A DNA stretch of 64,000 bases from an uncultured delta proteobacterium (GTDB lineage: Bacteria > Myxococcota > Kuafuiibacteriia > Kuafuiibacteriales > Kuafuiibacteriaceae): assembly GCA_963803435.1 (NCBI GenBank), contig CAWDML010000001.1, positions 1,088,001 to 1,152,000 on the forward strand, read 5' to 3'. Every line of letters starts with the position of its first letter. Position 1 is the stretch's first letter. A program made the position numbers and the translations under genes. The notes under the pieces were generated by a model, which saw only the letters and a program-made list of their open reading frames with translations, was not told where the DNA came from and made no database searches. Shown here one piece after another: positions 39,148 through 48,622 of the stretch.

Positions 39148-40253
39148 TGAGCCCGCGAGATCGGATCCGTGTTCGCTGTCTGATCGTCGACGACGTCGAG
39201 GACAACCTCATCGCGCTCGCAGCTCTCCTTCGAGGCGACGGTGTGGAGATTCGTTGCGCCCGCTCGGGGCCGGAGGCGCTCGAGCTTCTGCTGGTCGACG
39301 ACTTCGCGCTGGCGATGATCGACGTCCAGATGCCGGGGATGGACGGCTTCGAGCTTGCCGAGCTGATGCGCGGCGCCGACCGGACCAAGCACGTCCCGAT
39401 CATCTTCGTCACTGCGGGGACCGCGGAGCGGAAACGCCTCTTTCGTGGATACGACGCGGGCGCCGTCGACTTCCTGTTCAAGCCGGTCGACGAGCGGATC
39501 CTCGCCCACAAGGCCAACACGTTCTTCGAGCTGTACCGCCAGCGGCAGCTGCTCCAAGAGACGCTGCGCTTCAACGAGATCTTCGTGGCCGCGCTCAGCC
39601 ACGATCTCCGCAACCCCCTCTCCGCGATCGTCACCGGCATCGAGGCGCTGCATCGGATCGTTGAGAACCCGGTGGAGAAGCGCGTCGTCGAGGCGGTGCG
39701 CAACAGCAGCAAGCGCATGGCGGCGATGCTGGATCAGCTCTTCGATCTGGGACGGGCCCGACTCGGCGGCGGGATCCCGCTCAACCGACAGCCGCTGGTG
39801 CTGGCCGACGTCTGCACGGCTCTGGCCCGCGAGCTCGAGACGACGAACGGTGGTCATCGGGTCGAGGTGGATTCGAAGGGAGACACCACGGCCGAGTGCG
39901 ACCCCGAGTACGTGTCGCGCGCGCTCTCCAACCTCATCGCGAACGCGGCGCGCCACGGGAAGCCCGACCATCCGATCGTGGTCTCGATCGACGGCGGCCA
40001 CCCCGATCGGGTGCGCATCGAGGTCTGGAACCAAGGCGCGATCCCCGCCGATCTGATCCCGACGATCTTCGAGCCCTTCAAGAAGGGCCCGGCGGCAAAC
40101 ACCGACGGCCTCGGGCTCGGGCTCTACATCGTGCAGCAGATCGTGATCGAGCACGGCGGCCGGGTCGACGTCGTCTCTTCGCCCGAGGTCGGGACCCGCT
40201 TCACCGTCTCTCTGCCGCGCTCCGGCAGACCTGACCCGGCCCACCCGCGATGA
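39148..40253 (+). CDS. REC-histidine kinase hybrid
   Basis: LIVDD...DVQMPGMDG; SHDLRNPL; NLIANA; GLGLGL. Confidence 0.9.
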
Positions 40254-40256
40254 CCG

Positions 40257-40625
40257 TCATGGGTGGCCCTTCGCCGGCGCACCGCGATACCAGACGCACT
40301 CACCGGCCAGGCAACCGCAGCCATCCCCGTGCGGAAAGCCGCCCTCCGGGGAGTCGCAGGTGGAGTTGACCTGCTCGGCGCTGCAGACCTCCGACGAGCA
40401 CCCGCTCTTCACGCAGGCGCTGTCCGAGGTGCAGTGATTCTCGAAGCTGGTGCCCTCCACCCGATTGTAGAGCGGATCATCCTTGGCCACCGCCGGTGTT
40501 CGGTCGCTCGAGGGCGGCGGGCTCGACGGCGGCGGGCTCGACGGCGGCGGGGTGGACTCCTCGGGCTTCTTGGCGCAGGCCAGGGCGAGGAGAGGCAGGA
40601 GGAGGAGCGGACGCGCGATGCGCAT
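40257..40625 (-). CDS. Small lipoprotein with eight-cysteine-cluster domain
   Basis: Lipobox LALAC; Pro/Ser linker; CTSDSAC..GCSSEVC...STC...CGC...CVW (8 Cys). Confidence 0.65.
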   Translation of the reverse strand: MRIARPLLLLPLLALACAKKPEESTPPPSSPPPSSPPPSSDRTPAVAKDDPLYNRVEGTSFENHCTSDSACVKSGCSSEVCSAEQVNSTCDSPEGGFPHGDGCGCLAGECVWYRGAPAKGHP

Positions 40626-40699
40626 GGGCGGCGGAGTGTACCAGGCCGGAGCGGGATGATCGCGCGGCCCGACGGTCGACCGCGACGAGGAAACTGGCG

Positions 40700-41230
40700 A
40701 TGCTCTCGCGCATCGATCGGGAAGACACGAGGTGGCTCGAGGAGGCATACCGCGCGCACTCGGAGCGCGTCTTTCGGATCTGCCTGAAGTTCGGCCTCGG
40801 CGACCGGGAGTGGGCAAAGGATCGCACCCACGAGGTATTTCTCAGGCTGGCCGAGAGGGGGGAAGAGGTCCGGAACCAGGAGGATCTCGGCGGATGGCTC
40901 TATCGCGTCAGCGTCAACGAGTGCTTCATGGCCCTCCGGCGGGCCCGCACCTCGGGACGCGTGCTCGCGCTGCTCGCGCTGGCCTGGGATTGCTCGGAGC
41001 CGCCGCCGGAGGCCCAGGTCCGCGCCCGGCGGGATCTCGACGCGCTGGCCACAGCGCTCGCCGAGCTCCCGCCCAAGCAGCGCGCGGTGATGGTGATGGT
41101 CCACCTCGAGGGCAAGAGCCAGAACGAGGCCGCCGCCCTGCTGTCCCTCTCGAAGGGACAGATCTCCAAGCTCCATACGAAGGCGCTCGCCCAGCTGGCC
41201 CGCCGCGACTGGGAGGTGCCCCATGAGTAG
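40700..41230 (+). CDS. ECF sigma factor
   Basis: AKDRTHEVF...GWLYRVSVNEC (region 2); LPPKQRAV...EAAALL (region 4). Confidence 0.85.
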   Translation: MLSRIDREDTRWLEEAYRAHSERVFRICLKFGLGDREWAKDRTHEVFLRLAERGEEVRNQEDLGGWLYRVSVNECFMALRRARTSGRVLALLALAWDCSEPPPEAQVRARRDLDALATALAELPPKQRAVMVMVHLEGKSQNEAAALLSLSKGQISKLHTKALAQLARRDWEVPHE

Positions 41231-42143
41231 GCGTCTCGACGAGGGCGCCGCCCGCCTGCGGGGCCAGCTCGAGGCCGGCGCGCGCTCCGAGCTGGAGATC
41301 GAGGAGGGCCGCCGCCATCTCCTGGCGGCCGTCGTCGCTCCGCCGCCGAAGACGCGGGCCCCCTGGTTGATCGCGGCCGCGGCGGTGGCGGCCGCCGTGC
41401 TCCTCTTGCTGCTGCGCCCCGTCGGGCAGGACGAGGCCGGCCTCGTGGTGACAGCGGGCGAGGCGTGCGTGGCGCGCTCCGAGGCCTCGATCCGGATCTC
41501 ACCGTGCGCCGAGGCGGTCGTATTGGCGGCCGGCGTCGAGGCCCCCGATCTGAGGCTCGAGGCCGGGCGGGCCCGGTTCGTGGTGGCGAAGCGGACGCCT
41601 CGGCGGCGGCCGTTCATGATCGCGGTGTCGCACGGATGGATCGTGGTCATCGGAACGCGGTTCACGGTGGAGCAGAACGCCCGCGCAGGCCGGCTCGACG
41701 TCGAGGAGGGCGTCGTGGAGTTCCGCTGGGCCGACGGCGCCCCCTCGGAGCGGCTGACCGCAGGCGCCTCGCTCGAGTGGCCGCGCCCGGCGCCGCCCGC
41801 TCCGCCCCCGCCGCCGGTCGAGCCGCCCGCGCCGCCGCCCGTGACCAAGACGCACATCCAGCGGAGACCGCCGGCGATGACGGCCCACCAGCTCATGCGC
41901 CGGCTGTTCCAGCTCGAGAGCCAGCGCCGCTTCGACGAGGCGATCGCACTGCTCACGGAGGGCAGCACCCGGACCGACTTCACGGAGGTCCAGCGCGAGC
42001 GGCTCTCGTTCGAGCTGAGCACGGTGCTCCGCCAGGCCGGTGATCACGAACGCGCGTGCCGCCAGATGACGGAGCACCTCCGGAGGTTCCCCGCGAGCCC
42101 GCACAAGGCCGAGCTCGAGCGCCTCCTCCACGACTGCCGATGA
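41223..42143 (+). CDS. FecR-like anti-sigma factor with C-terminal TPR
   Basis: TM; VVIGTRFTV...VEEGVV; RRFPASPH. Confidence 0.8.
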   Translation: MSRRLDEGAARLRGQLEAGARSELEIEEGRRHLLAAVVAPPPKTRAPWLIAAAAVAAAVLLLLLRPVGQDEAGLVVTAGEACVARSEASIRISPCAEAVVLAAGVEAPDLRLEAGRARFVVAKRTPRRRPFMIAVSHGWIVVIGTRFTVEQNARAGRLDVEEGVVEFRWADGAPSERLTAGASLEWPRPAPPAPPPPPVEPPAPPPVTKTHIQRRPPAMTAHQLMRRLFQLESQRRFDEAIALLTEGSTRTDFTEVQRERLSFELSTVLRQAGDHERACRQMTEHLRRFPASPHKAELERLLHDCR

Positions 42144-42227
42144 TCGCGAGCACACGCTCGGCGATCGACGACCGGCCGAGGAAACTCGCGGCCGCCTCGC
42201 GCATCGTTGGGGGGCGAGGAGGGGATC

Positions 42228-43683
42228 ATGCGTGTTCAGGGTTGGTGCGGCTTGCTGCTCGGAGTGTTCGGTTGCCAGGAGGTCGTCTACGACGACCAGC
42301 TCCCGACCCAAATCCCGAGCGATCAGGCCGGCTATCGCGAAGGTCGCGACGCGGCCGTCAAGGCGGTCGAGGTGGCGGCCCAGGCCGCCTGCAGGCGACT
42401 GTGGAGCGACTGCTCCGCGCTCTGCGACGATCCGTTCGTCTACTGTGGCAACTCCGAAGACCAGTGCGTGTCGGACTACAGCCGGAACGCTGTCGAGGAT
42501 TCGATCTACCCCGTCTACAGCACCGAGCTCGCGAAGCGCTGCGCCGAGCAGCTCCACGATCGATCGTGCCTCGATCTGGACCCGAACTCTCCGGAGTGCG
42601 AATCGGCGGTCCTCGAGGGCTGTCCCAACGACGATGACAGCTACGGCCGTCCCTACTCGTGGCTCGCCGCGTACGGGCTCGACACGTTGCCGGCGACGAT
42701 CAAGCCGCACCTCTGCGACAGCACCGACGAGTGGTTCGCCTTCCACCTCGACGCCGGCGAGGCCGTCTCGGTGACGCTGATCCAGTCGGGTGGTCCCGCG
42801 TGGCTCACCGTCTACGCGCCGGTCGGGGTCGGGAGCGGCCGGCAGGACGTGGAAGACATCGGGCACTCGATTCTATCTCGATCCCGCGAGTACGAACCAG
42901 GCGACCGAGGTCTTCGAGGCCGCGCCGGTCGCCGGCATCTACTACCTCAAGATCGACCTCAACCGGGCGATCACCGCCGACATGGAGCTCGCCGTCGGGA
43001 CCGATCGCCGCCCGCCGCCGAGCGCCCAGGAGATTGGCATCTCCACCGAGGAGGTCGTCTACGCGGCGCTCTGCCAGCGGCTCCACGGTGACTGCTCGGC
43101 CGCCTGCAGCCGGCCCGACTTCTACTGCGGAGGCTCGGTCGACGAGTGCCAGCAGGTCTACGCACGGTCCGCGGTGGAGTCGCTGTTCGACCGGAGGCCG
43201 TACACGCTCGATCGAGCGAAGGCAGAGGCCTGCGCCGCCGAGATCGGAGGGAGAGCCTGCGGAGATCTCGGCTCTTCGAGCGGCTCCTGCGCGGACCTCG
43301 TGGTCAACGAGTGCGCCGCCGACCCGCAGTCCTTCGCTCGACCCTGGGCAGGACGCATGGCCTCCCAGGTGGCGCTGCCGGCCGCGCTCGACCTCTCGCT
43401 CTGCGACGGGGTCGGCCAGTTCTTCCGCATCGATCTAGCCGAAGGGCAGCGCCTGGTGATGAGGACCGATCGCGATTTGCCGACCGGCTCCGCCTACGCC
43501 CGCCTCTATCCGCCCTCGGCCTCCGATGAGGACCTCCTGGACGAGGACAACTACTACTTCTACGCCTTCTATCTGAGCAGCAGCGAGACCGTCAGCGATC
43601 CGGTCCCCTCGGGCGGGACCTTCTACCTCGAGACCGAGTATTCGGCCGACGGACCCGTGCATCTGGAGCTGGACACGCGCTGA
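42228..43683 (+). CDS. Cys-rich lipoprotein with two tandem (Cys-rich + PPC-like) modules (frameshift ~42871)
   Basis: Lipobox VFGC; duplicated CxRLxxDCSAxC...YCGxSxDxC module; DEWFAFHLDAGE / QFFRIDLAEGQ. Confidence 0.65.
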
Positions 43684-43689
43684 TCCACC

Positions 43690-44763
43690 TCACCGATAGC
43701 GGCGCCCCTTCCACTCGACCCCGGCGCCCGACCTGTGCCGTGCCATGCTCGCGAGCGCCAGATAGGACGCTCCCAGCGCGCCGGCCGGCGCCAGGATCGC
43801 GCCGATCCAGCGGGCGCCGCCCATCGAGCGCAAGGTAGCCTGCATCAGGAAGATCAACCCGTACGCCGCCACGCCGTAGGGCCAGCCGGCCCAGATCGCC
43901 ACTGCCGGTCCGATCCATCCCAGCACCATCGTCAGCGCCACCCAGCGGGCCACCGCGATGCGGCGATCACCGAGGAGCGGGTAGAGGTTCTTGATCCAAC
44001 CCTCGGCGAGCTCCGCCCACGTCTCGTACATCCGCGTCCGCGCGATCTTCCGCCCGTCCACCAGCAACAGGCGCCCGTTCGCCTCGTGCACGCGCTGGGC
44101 GAGACGCACGTCCTCCAGGACCTCGCGGATCACCGCCTGGTGACCACCGACCGCGTCGTACGTCGACCTCCGGATCAGGATCAGCTGTCCGTTCGCGAAG
44201 GCCGGGCCCCGGGCCGCCAGGACCAGCGCGCCCACGGACGGCATCACCGCCTGCTCGACCAGCGTTCGCAGCTCGACCTGGGGGATGGCCGACACCAGAT
44301 CACGATCGGCGGCGAGCGGAAGTAATCCGCCGAGCGCGCCCTCGGAGAGCTCCACGTCGGCGTCCACGAACAGCAGCCACTCCGAGCTCGGCGAGGCCTG
44401 TCGATACGCCGCCGCCAGCGCCGCCGGCTTGCCGCACTCACCCTCTCCGGGTCCTCGACCTTCGAGCACCTCGAGGCGCGGCTCCTCGCGTGCCAGCAGC
44501 GCCAGCCGCTCCGACGTCCCGTCGGTCGATCGATCGTCGACGACGACCAACCGCGCCACCTCCGGCTGCCCGAGCACGCTCCGCACCGAGGCCTCGATGA
44601 CGCCCGCCTCGTCGCGCGCCGGCATGAACGCGGTGACCTCCGCCCCCGGCTGCTGCGAGGGGCGCGCGACCACCGTCCGAGAGAGTCCGATCAGTCCCCG
44701 TACGAAGATCAGCGCCCACAGGGCGACGGCCGAGGCTGCGACGATGTCGGGGAGCCCGATCAG
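43690..44763 (-). CDS. Family 2 glycosyltransferase (HpnB/CrtQ-like, membrane)
   Basis: PARDE, VDDRSTDGT, GKPAAL, FVDAD, ANGQ, EDVRLA; start uncertain. Confidence 0.85.
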   Translation of the reverse strand: MIGLPDIVAASAVALWALIFVRGLIGLSRTVVARPSQQPGAEVTAFMPARDEAGVIEASVRSVLGQPEVARLVVVDDRSTDGTSERLALLAREEPRLEVLEGRGPGEGECGKPAALAAAYRQASPSSEWLLFVDADVELSEGALGGLLPLAADRDLVSAIPQVELRTLVEQAVMPSVGALVLAARGPAFANGQLILIRRSTYDAVGGHQAVIREVLEDVRLAQRVHEANGRLLLVDGRKIARTRMYETWAELAEGWIKNLYPLLGDRRIAVARWVALTMVLGWIGPAVAIWAGWPYGVAAYGLIFLMQATLRSMGGARWIGAILAPAGALGASYLALASMARHRSGAGVEWKGRRYR

Positions 44764-46121
44764 AGCCGCGTTCCCGCGTGGAGGTTGAGCCCACCGACGC
44801 GGATCGGCGGCACCACACCGCCGCGAGTCCACACCGAGCTGCCCAGGGCCTCGACCCGCTTCAGGAGGTCGAGCACGCTCACGGTGAACCGCATGTTGAT
44901 CAGGGGCGCCACGATCTCGCCCTTCTGGACCAGGAAGAAGCCGTCGCGCGTCACGCCGGTGACCTCGAGCGTGCGCGGATCGAGCAGACGCACCGATCCG
45001 AACCGGCTCACCAGGACGCCACGTTCGAGCGAGCCGATCATGTCGGAGAGCGTGGCGTCACCCCCCTCCATCACCAGATGCTGCGCCGCCTCGATCTCGC
45101 CGAAGAACGGATCGCGGACCTTGTGTCCGGTCGCCTGCGCCTCGAGCCGAACCGCGCTCTCCCAGGAGTAGACGGGCGCGCCGATCTTGCCCTTCTCGAT
45201 CAGCACCACGCGCTGGCGGGCGACGCCCTCGAGGTCGAACGGAACACCTCGGTGCAGCGGGTGGGTGTGGTCGTCGACGATGGTGATCGCCTCGGCGGTG
45301 GCCCGATCTCCGGTCTTCCGGTCGGAGAGGAACGAGCCGCCGGTGCGGGCCTGGAGCCCGCCGGCCGTCAGGCCCACCCATCGGATCAGCTCGCCGACCG
45401 CCGAGGCCTCGAGCACCGCCGGGTAGGTGGCCACGCGAAGCTCGCGAGGCTCGCCGCCGACCATCGCCTTGTTGGTGGCCACCGCCACCAGGCTCTCGGC
45501 ATCGATCGCGCTGGCGGTGAACGACTCGTCCTCAGCCCAGCCGCTCGAGCCCGTCTTGCGCTGCATGGAGACCGTGTAGCGGATGCGCGTCTCCGGGTGG
45601 TACGCGAGCAGCCCGCGCGTGTTGGCGACCGCGTAGACCCCCGACTGGTTGTCGAGCCCGAGCACGCCGCGCCGGACCATCACCAGCCCGGAGGCCGACA
45701 GCCCGTTCTTGAGCGCCGTGGTCACGGCCCGGGCCGCCAGCGCCGTCCGATCGATCGACTTGGTCGCTTCGGTCTCCGGATCGTAGGCCTCCACGAAGTC
45801 GTAGTTCTGCGGCTCGGGGAGACCGGTGCCCTCGGAGCCCTCGGGCAGGTGCTCGGCGCGCGTCTTGGCCGCCTGCGCGATCTCCTTGATCCCGCCGGTG
45901 GAAAGATCGGTCGTCTGCACGCCGACCATCCGACCGCGCGCGCTCACCCGCACGCCGATCGACTCGACGTTGTGCTCCGACGCGGGGTGGATCTGATTGT
46001 CGGCGAACCGCGTGACCCCGAGATCACCGCCGCCGAGGCTCACCTCGGCGTCGTCGACGCCCGCCGACGCGATGCTCAGCGCCGACTCCAGGATCCGAAA
46101 GGCTTCTTCCTTCGCTCTCAC
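44760..46121 (-). CDS. pmbA: TldE/PmbA family protein
   Basis: TRFADNQI, YPAVLE, PFDLEGV...LIEKG, TGVTRDG...NMRF. Confidence 0.8.
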   Translation of the reverse strand: MRAKEEAFRILESALSIASAGVDDAEVSLGGGDLGVTRFADNQIHPASEHNVESIGVRVSARGRMVGVQTTDLSTGGIKEIAQAAKTRAEHLPEGSEGTGLPEPQNYDFVEAYDPETEATKSIDRTALAARAVTTALKNGLSASGLVMVRRGVLGLDNQSGVYAVANTRGLLAYHPETRIRYTVSMQRKTGSSGWAEDESFTASAIDAESLVAVATNKAMVGGEPRELRVATYPAVLEASAVGELIRWVGLTAGGLQARTGGSFLSDRKTGDRATAEAITIVDDHTHPLHRGVPFDLEGVARQRVVLIEKGKIGAPVYSWESAVRLEAQATGHKVRDPFFGEIEAAQHLVMEGGDATLSDMIGSLERGVLVSRFGSVRLLDPRTLEVTGVTRDGFFLVQKGEIVAPLINMRFTVSVLDLLKRVEALGSSVWTRGGVVPPIRVGGLNLHAGTRL

Positions 46122-47719
46122 TTCACGTCCCGGCGGCGCGATCGGCGCTTCTTCTTGTCCTTGGGCCCGCGCCGTTTGGTCGCGCGCTTCGGGAGATCGG
46201 TGGCGGCGGTGCCGTCGGCCAGCACGGGTTGGGCGGCGTCGATCGTCGCAGCGTCGAAGCGATGCGCGCCGAGCTCGACGTTGGCGAAGCGAACCGGCGG
46301 CGCCCCGTGCCCTGAGGCCACCAGCTGCATCGGCTGAGCCTTGGAGCCGTGCGCGATCCCGTGCAGCGCCCAGTCGCGGTCGTCGCCGACGGCGTCGCAG
46401 GCGCGCCAGAACCCGGGGACGGTGCCCTGGTAGGTCGGGTTCCGCAGCAGGCGGCCGCGCTTACCGTCCTTGATCTCCCAGGCGATCTCACAGGCCGCCA
46501 GGAACGTATGTCCGTCGGCGTCCACGCTGAACCCGCGGCTGGTGTCCATCAGCACCCCGGACTTCGTCCCCGCGACGATCGACTCGAGGTCGCCGCCGTC
46601 GCCCGGGGCCAGCGAGATGTTGGTCATGCGGACCACCGGATAGGACGACCAGCTGGCGGCGCGCATGGCGCCGTGCGACCTCTCCAGGCCGACCCGGGCG
46701 GCGGTCTCGCGGCTCGACAGATAGCCGGCGAAGCGACCGCTCGCGATCAGGTCGACGCGCTGCGCCTCCACGCCCTCGTCGTCGAAGCCGAACGAGCCGG
46801 CCCCGCCGGCCTCACGGGCGTCGGCGTAGATGTTGATCTTGCTGCTGCCCAGCTCGAGGTTCCCCAGCTTGTCGGTGCCGAGGAAGGAGCGGACGCCGTT
46901 CGACTCGAGGCCGATGACGCGATCCAGCTCGAGCAGCTGGCCGCAGGTCGCGAACACCTGGCTGGCGGCGGCGCTGCTGGTCAGGACCAGCGTGCCGGTC
47001 TCATGGGGACACGGATCCGCCTTGAGGAGCTCCACGGCCTCGGCGGCGACGGCCGGGGCGCGCTCGAGGAGCGGGAGCTCGGTCACCACCTCCCAGCCCT
47101 TGCCGAGGAACTCACCCCGGAAGCTCCCGGGATACGAGCGGACCTGGAAGTCTTTGCCGTCGCCGGCGCCGGCCTGATAACCGACGCCCGTCCAGACCAG
47201 CTCCTGATCGATCTCGCTGCCCTCGGAGTTGACGTAGATCTTGCGTTGGCGGTGCGCGGCGAAGCTCCCGAGCGCCAGGACGATCCCCTTCACGCCCCGG
47301 AGCGCGGCGTCGATGCCGAGCAGCAGGTCGACCTTGTCCTCGAGCGGCACCGCCAGCGGATCCCGCTTGATCTGGGTGCGAAAGATCGAGCGCTGAGGCG
47401 GCTGGTCCACCAATCGGACCGGGTGCTCCTGGAGGATCGACGCCGCCCGCGCAAACTCTACGGCACGGCGCGCGGCCAAGGCCACGTCGTGGCGCGTCGG
47501 CTCCGAGACCGCCGAGAAGCCCCACGCGCCCCGCACCAGCGCGCGGACGCCCACCCCGCGCTCAGACGTGAGCGAGGCCTGCGTGAGGGCGCCATTCTTG
47601 GTGATCACGTCCTCATGCTGGCGGAACTCGAAACGGGCATCCGCATAGGACGCGCCGAGACGGATCGCCTCTTCGACTGCGATGTAGGCGACTTCCAGCG
47701 CAAAGGGATGATTGAACAC
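46118..47719 (-). CDS. tldD: TldD family protein lacking the catalytic HExxGH motif
   Basis: ASYADAR, GVRALVRGAWGF, ELDRV, FDDEGV, VRMTN, SGHGAPP; the active site reads QVFATCGQ. Confidence 0.8.
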   Translation of the reverse strand: MFNHPFALEVAYIAVEEAIRLGASYADARFEFRQHEDVITKNGALTQASLTSERGVGVRALVRGAWGFSAVSEPTRHDVALAARRAVEFARAASILQEHPVRLVDQPPQRSIFRTQIKRDPLAVPLEDKVDLLLGIDAALRGVKGIVLALGSFAAHRQRKIYVNSEGSEIDQELVWTGVGYQAGAGDGKDFQVRSYPGSFRGEFLGKGWEVVTELPLLERAPAVAAEAVELLKADPCPHETGTLVLTSSAAASQVFATCGQLLELDRVIGLESNGVRSFLGTDKLGNLELGSSKINIYADAREAGGAGSFGFDDEGVEAQRVDLIASGRFAGYLSSRETAARVGLERSHGAMRAASWSSYPVVRMTNISLAPGDGGDLESIVAGTKSGVLMDTSRGFSVDADGHTFLAACEIAWEIKDGKRGRLLRNPTYQGTVPGFWRACDAVGDDRDWALHGIAHGSKAQPMQLVASGHGAPPVRFANVELGAHRFDAATIDAAQPVLADGTAATDLPKRATKRRGPKDKKKRRSRRRDVK

Positions 47720-47807
47720 GGACGACGCGCTCCTGCCCCCCTGTGGGCGGGCCCTCTTCCCGGGCGGTTATCCCCCGGACCCGGCTTCGTCGCAAGTTTT
47801 GTCGGCC

Positions 47808-48614
47808 TCAAAAGATCCGGCGCCGCCGCCACAGCAGCACGATCGCGATCAGCGCGAGGCCGAGCGTCCCGTGATCACCGAGGCGCGCAGCGTTGCAGCC
47901 AAAGGGTCGGTTGCCGACGTATCGCGACTCGGTGGGAAGCGGCACGCAGCTCCGGGCCGGCTCTCCGCGAGGGTAAATCAGGCAGAGCGCTTCGATGTCG
48001 TCGGCCTCGAGGGTCCGCTTGTCGGCTTCGCACTCGCCCACCTGCGGCGCCATCGTCGGGTCCCCGATCGTGCCCTGATAGAACGTGGTGTGGTCGAGTC
48101 CGATGAAATGGCCCACCTCGTGGGTCAGCACGGCGATCAGATCGTACGTCTCCCGCACGTCGCTCGAGCACTCCTCCGTCGCGTCGGTGAACGCGAAGCG
48201 ATCCTCGTTCACCTCGATCACGGCCGATTGGATCTCGCCGTCATCCTTCGTGTACGTGGTGAGCGTGACCGCGACGGCGTCCTCGGGACGGGGCTGTCGG
48301 CCCAGCGGATCCGCCCAGTTCTCGTGGACGAAGACGACCTGGTTCTCATCGGACTCATCGTCCGTGATCATCCCCGTGTACTCGAATTGCAGGTCCGTGC
48401 AGCCGTTGGCCGCCCAGGTGCCGAAGGCCGCCTCGATGTGGCTGAGCTCGGCGTCGGCACCCTGATGCACGCCGTACGGGATGACGCGTTTGTTCCAGCG
48501 GAGCGTGATCCAGTCGTACTTGTCCGAGCGCTTGCACTCGAACGCACCTGCCGGCGTCACGCCGGACAGCACCAGGCCGAAGCACACGATCCCCGTGAGC
48601 CGCGCTCGCACCAC
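47808..48614 (-). CDS. Matrixin (M10-like) zinc metalloprotease with MYXO-CTERM-like tail
   Basis: HEVGHFIGLDH, Met-turn PTM; C-terminal GC...TM...RRRR. Confidence 0.85.
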   Translation of the reverse strand: MVRARLTGIVCFGLVLSGVTPAGAFECKRSDKYDWITLRWNKRVIPYGVHQGADAELSHIEAAFGTWAANGCTDLQFEYTGMITDDESDENQVVFVHENWADPLGRQPRPEDAVAVTLTTYTKDDGEIQSAVIEVNEDRFAFTDATEECSSDVRETYDLIAVLTHEVGHFIGLDHTTFYQGTIGDPTMAPQVGECEADKRTLEADDIEALCLIYPRGEPARSCVPLPTESRYVGNRPFGCNAARLGDHGTLGLALIAIVLLWRRRRIF

Positions 48615-48622
48615 TCCGAGGC

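Noticed and set aside
40510-40555. 15-bp direct repeats (ggcggcgggctcga)
   Set aside because: Simply encode the SSPPP linker of the lipoprotein
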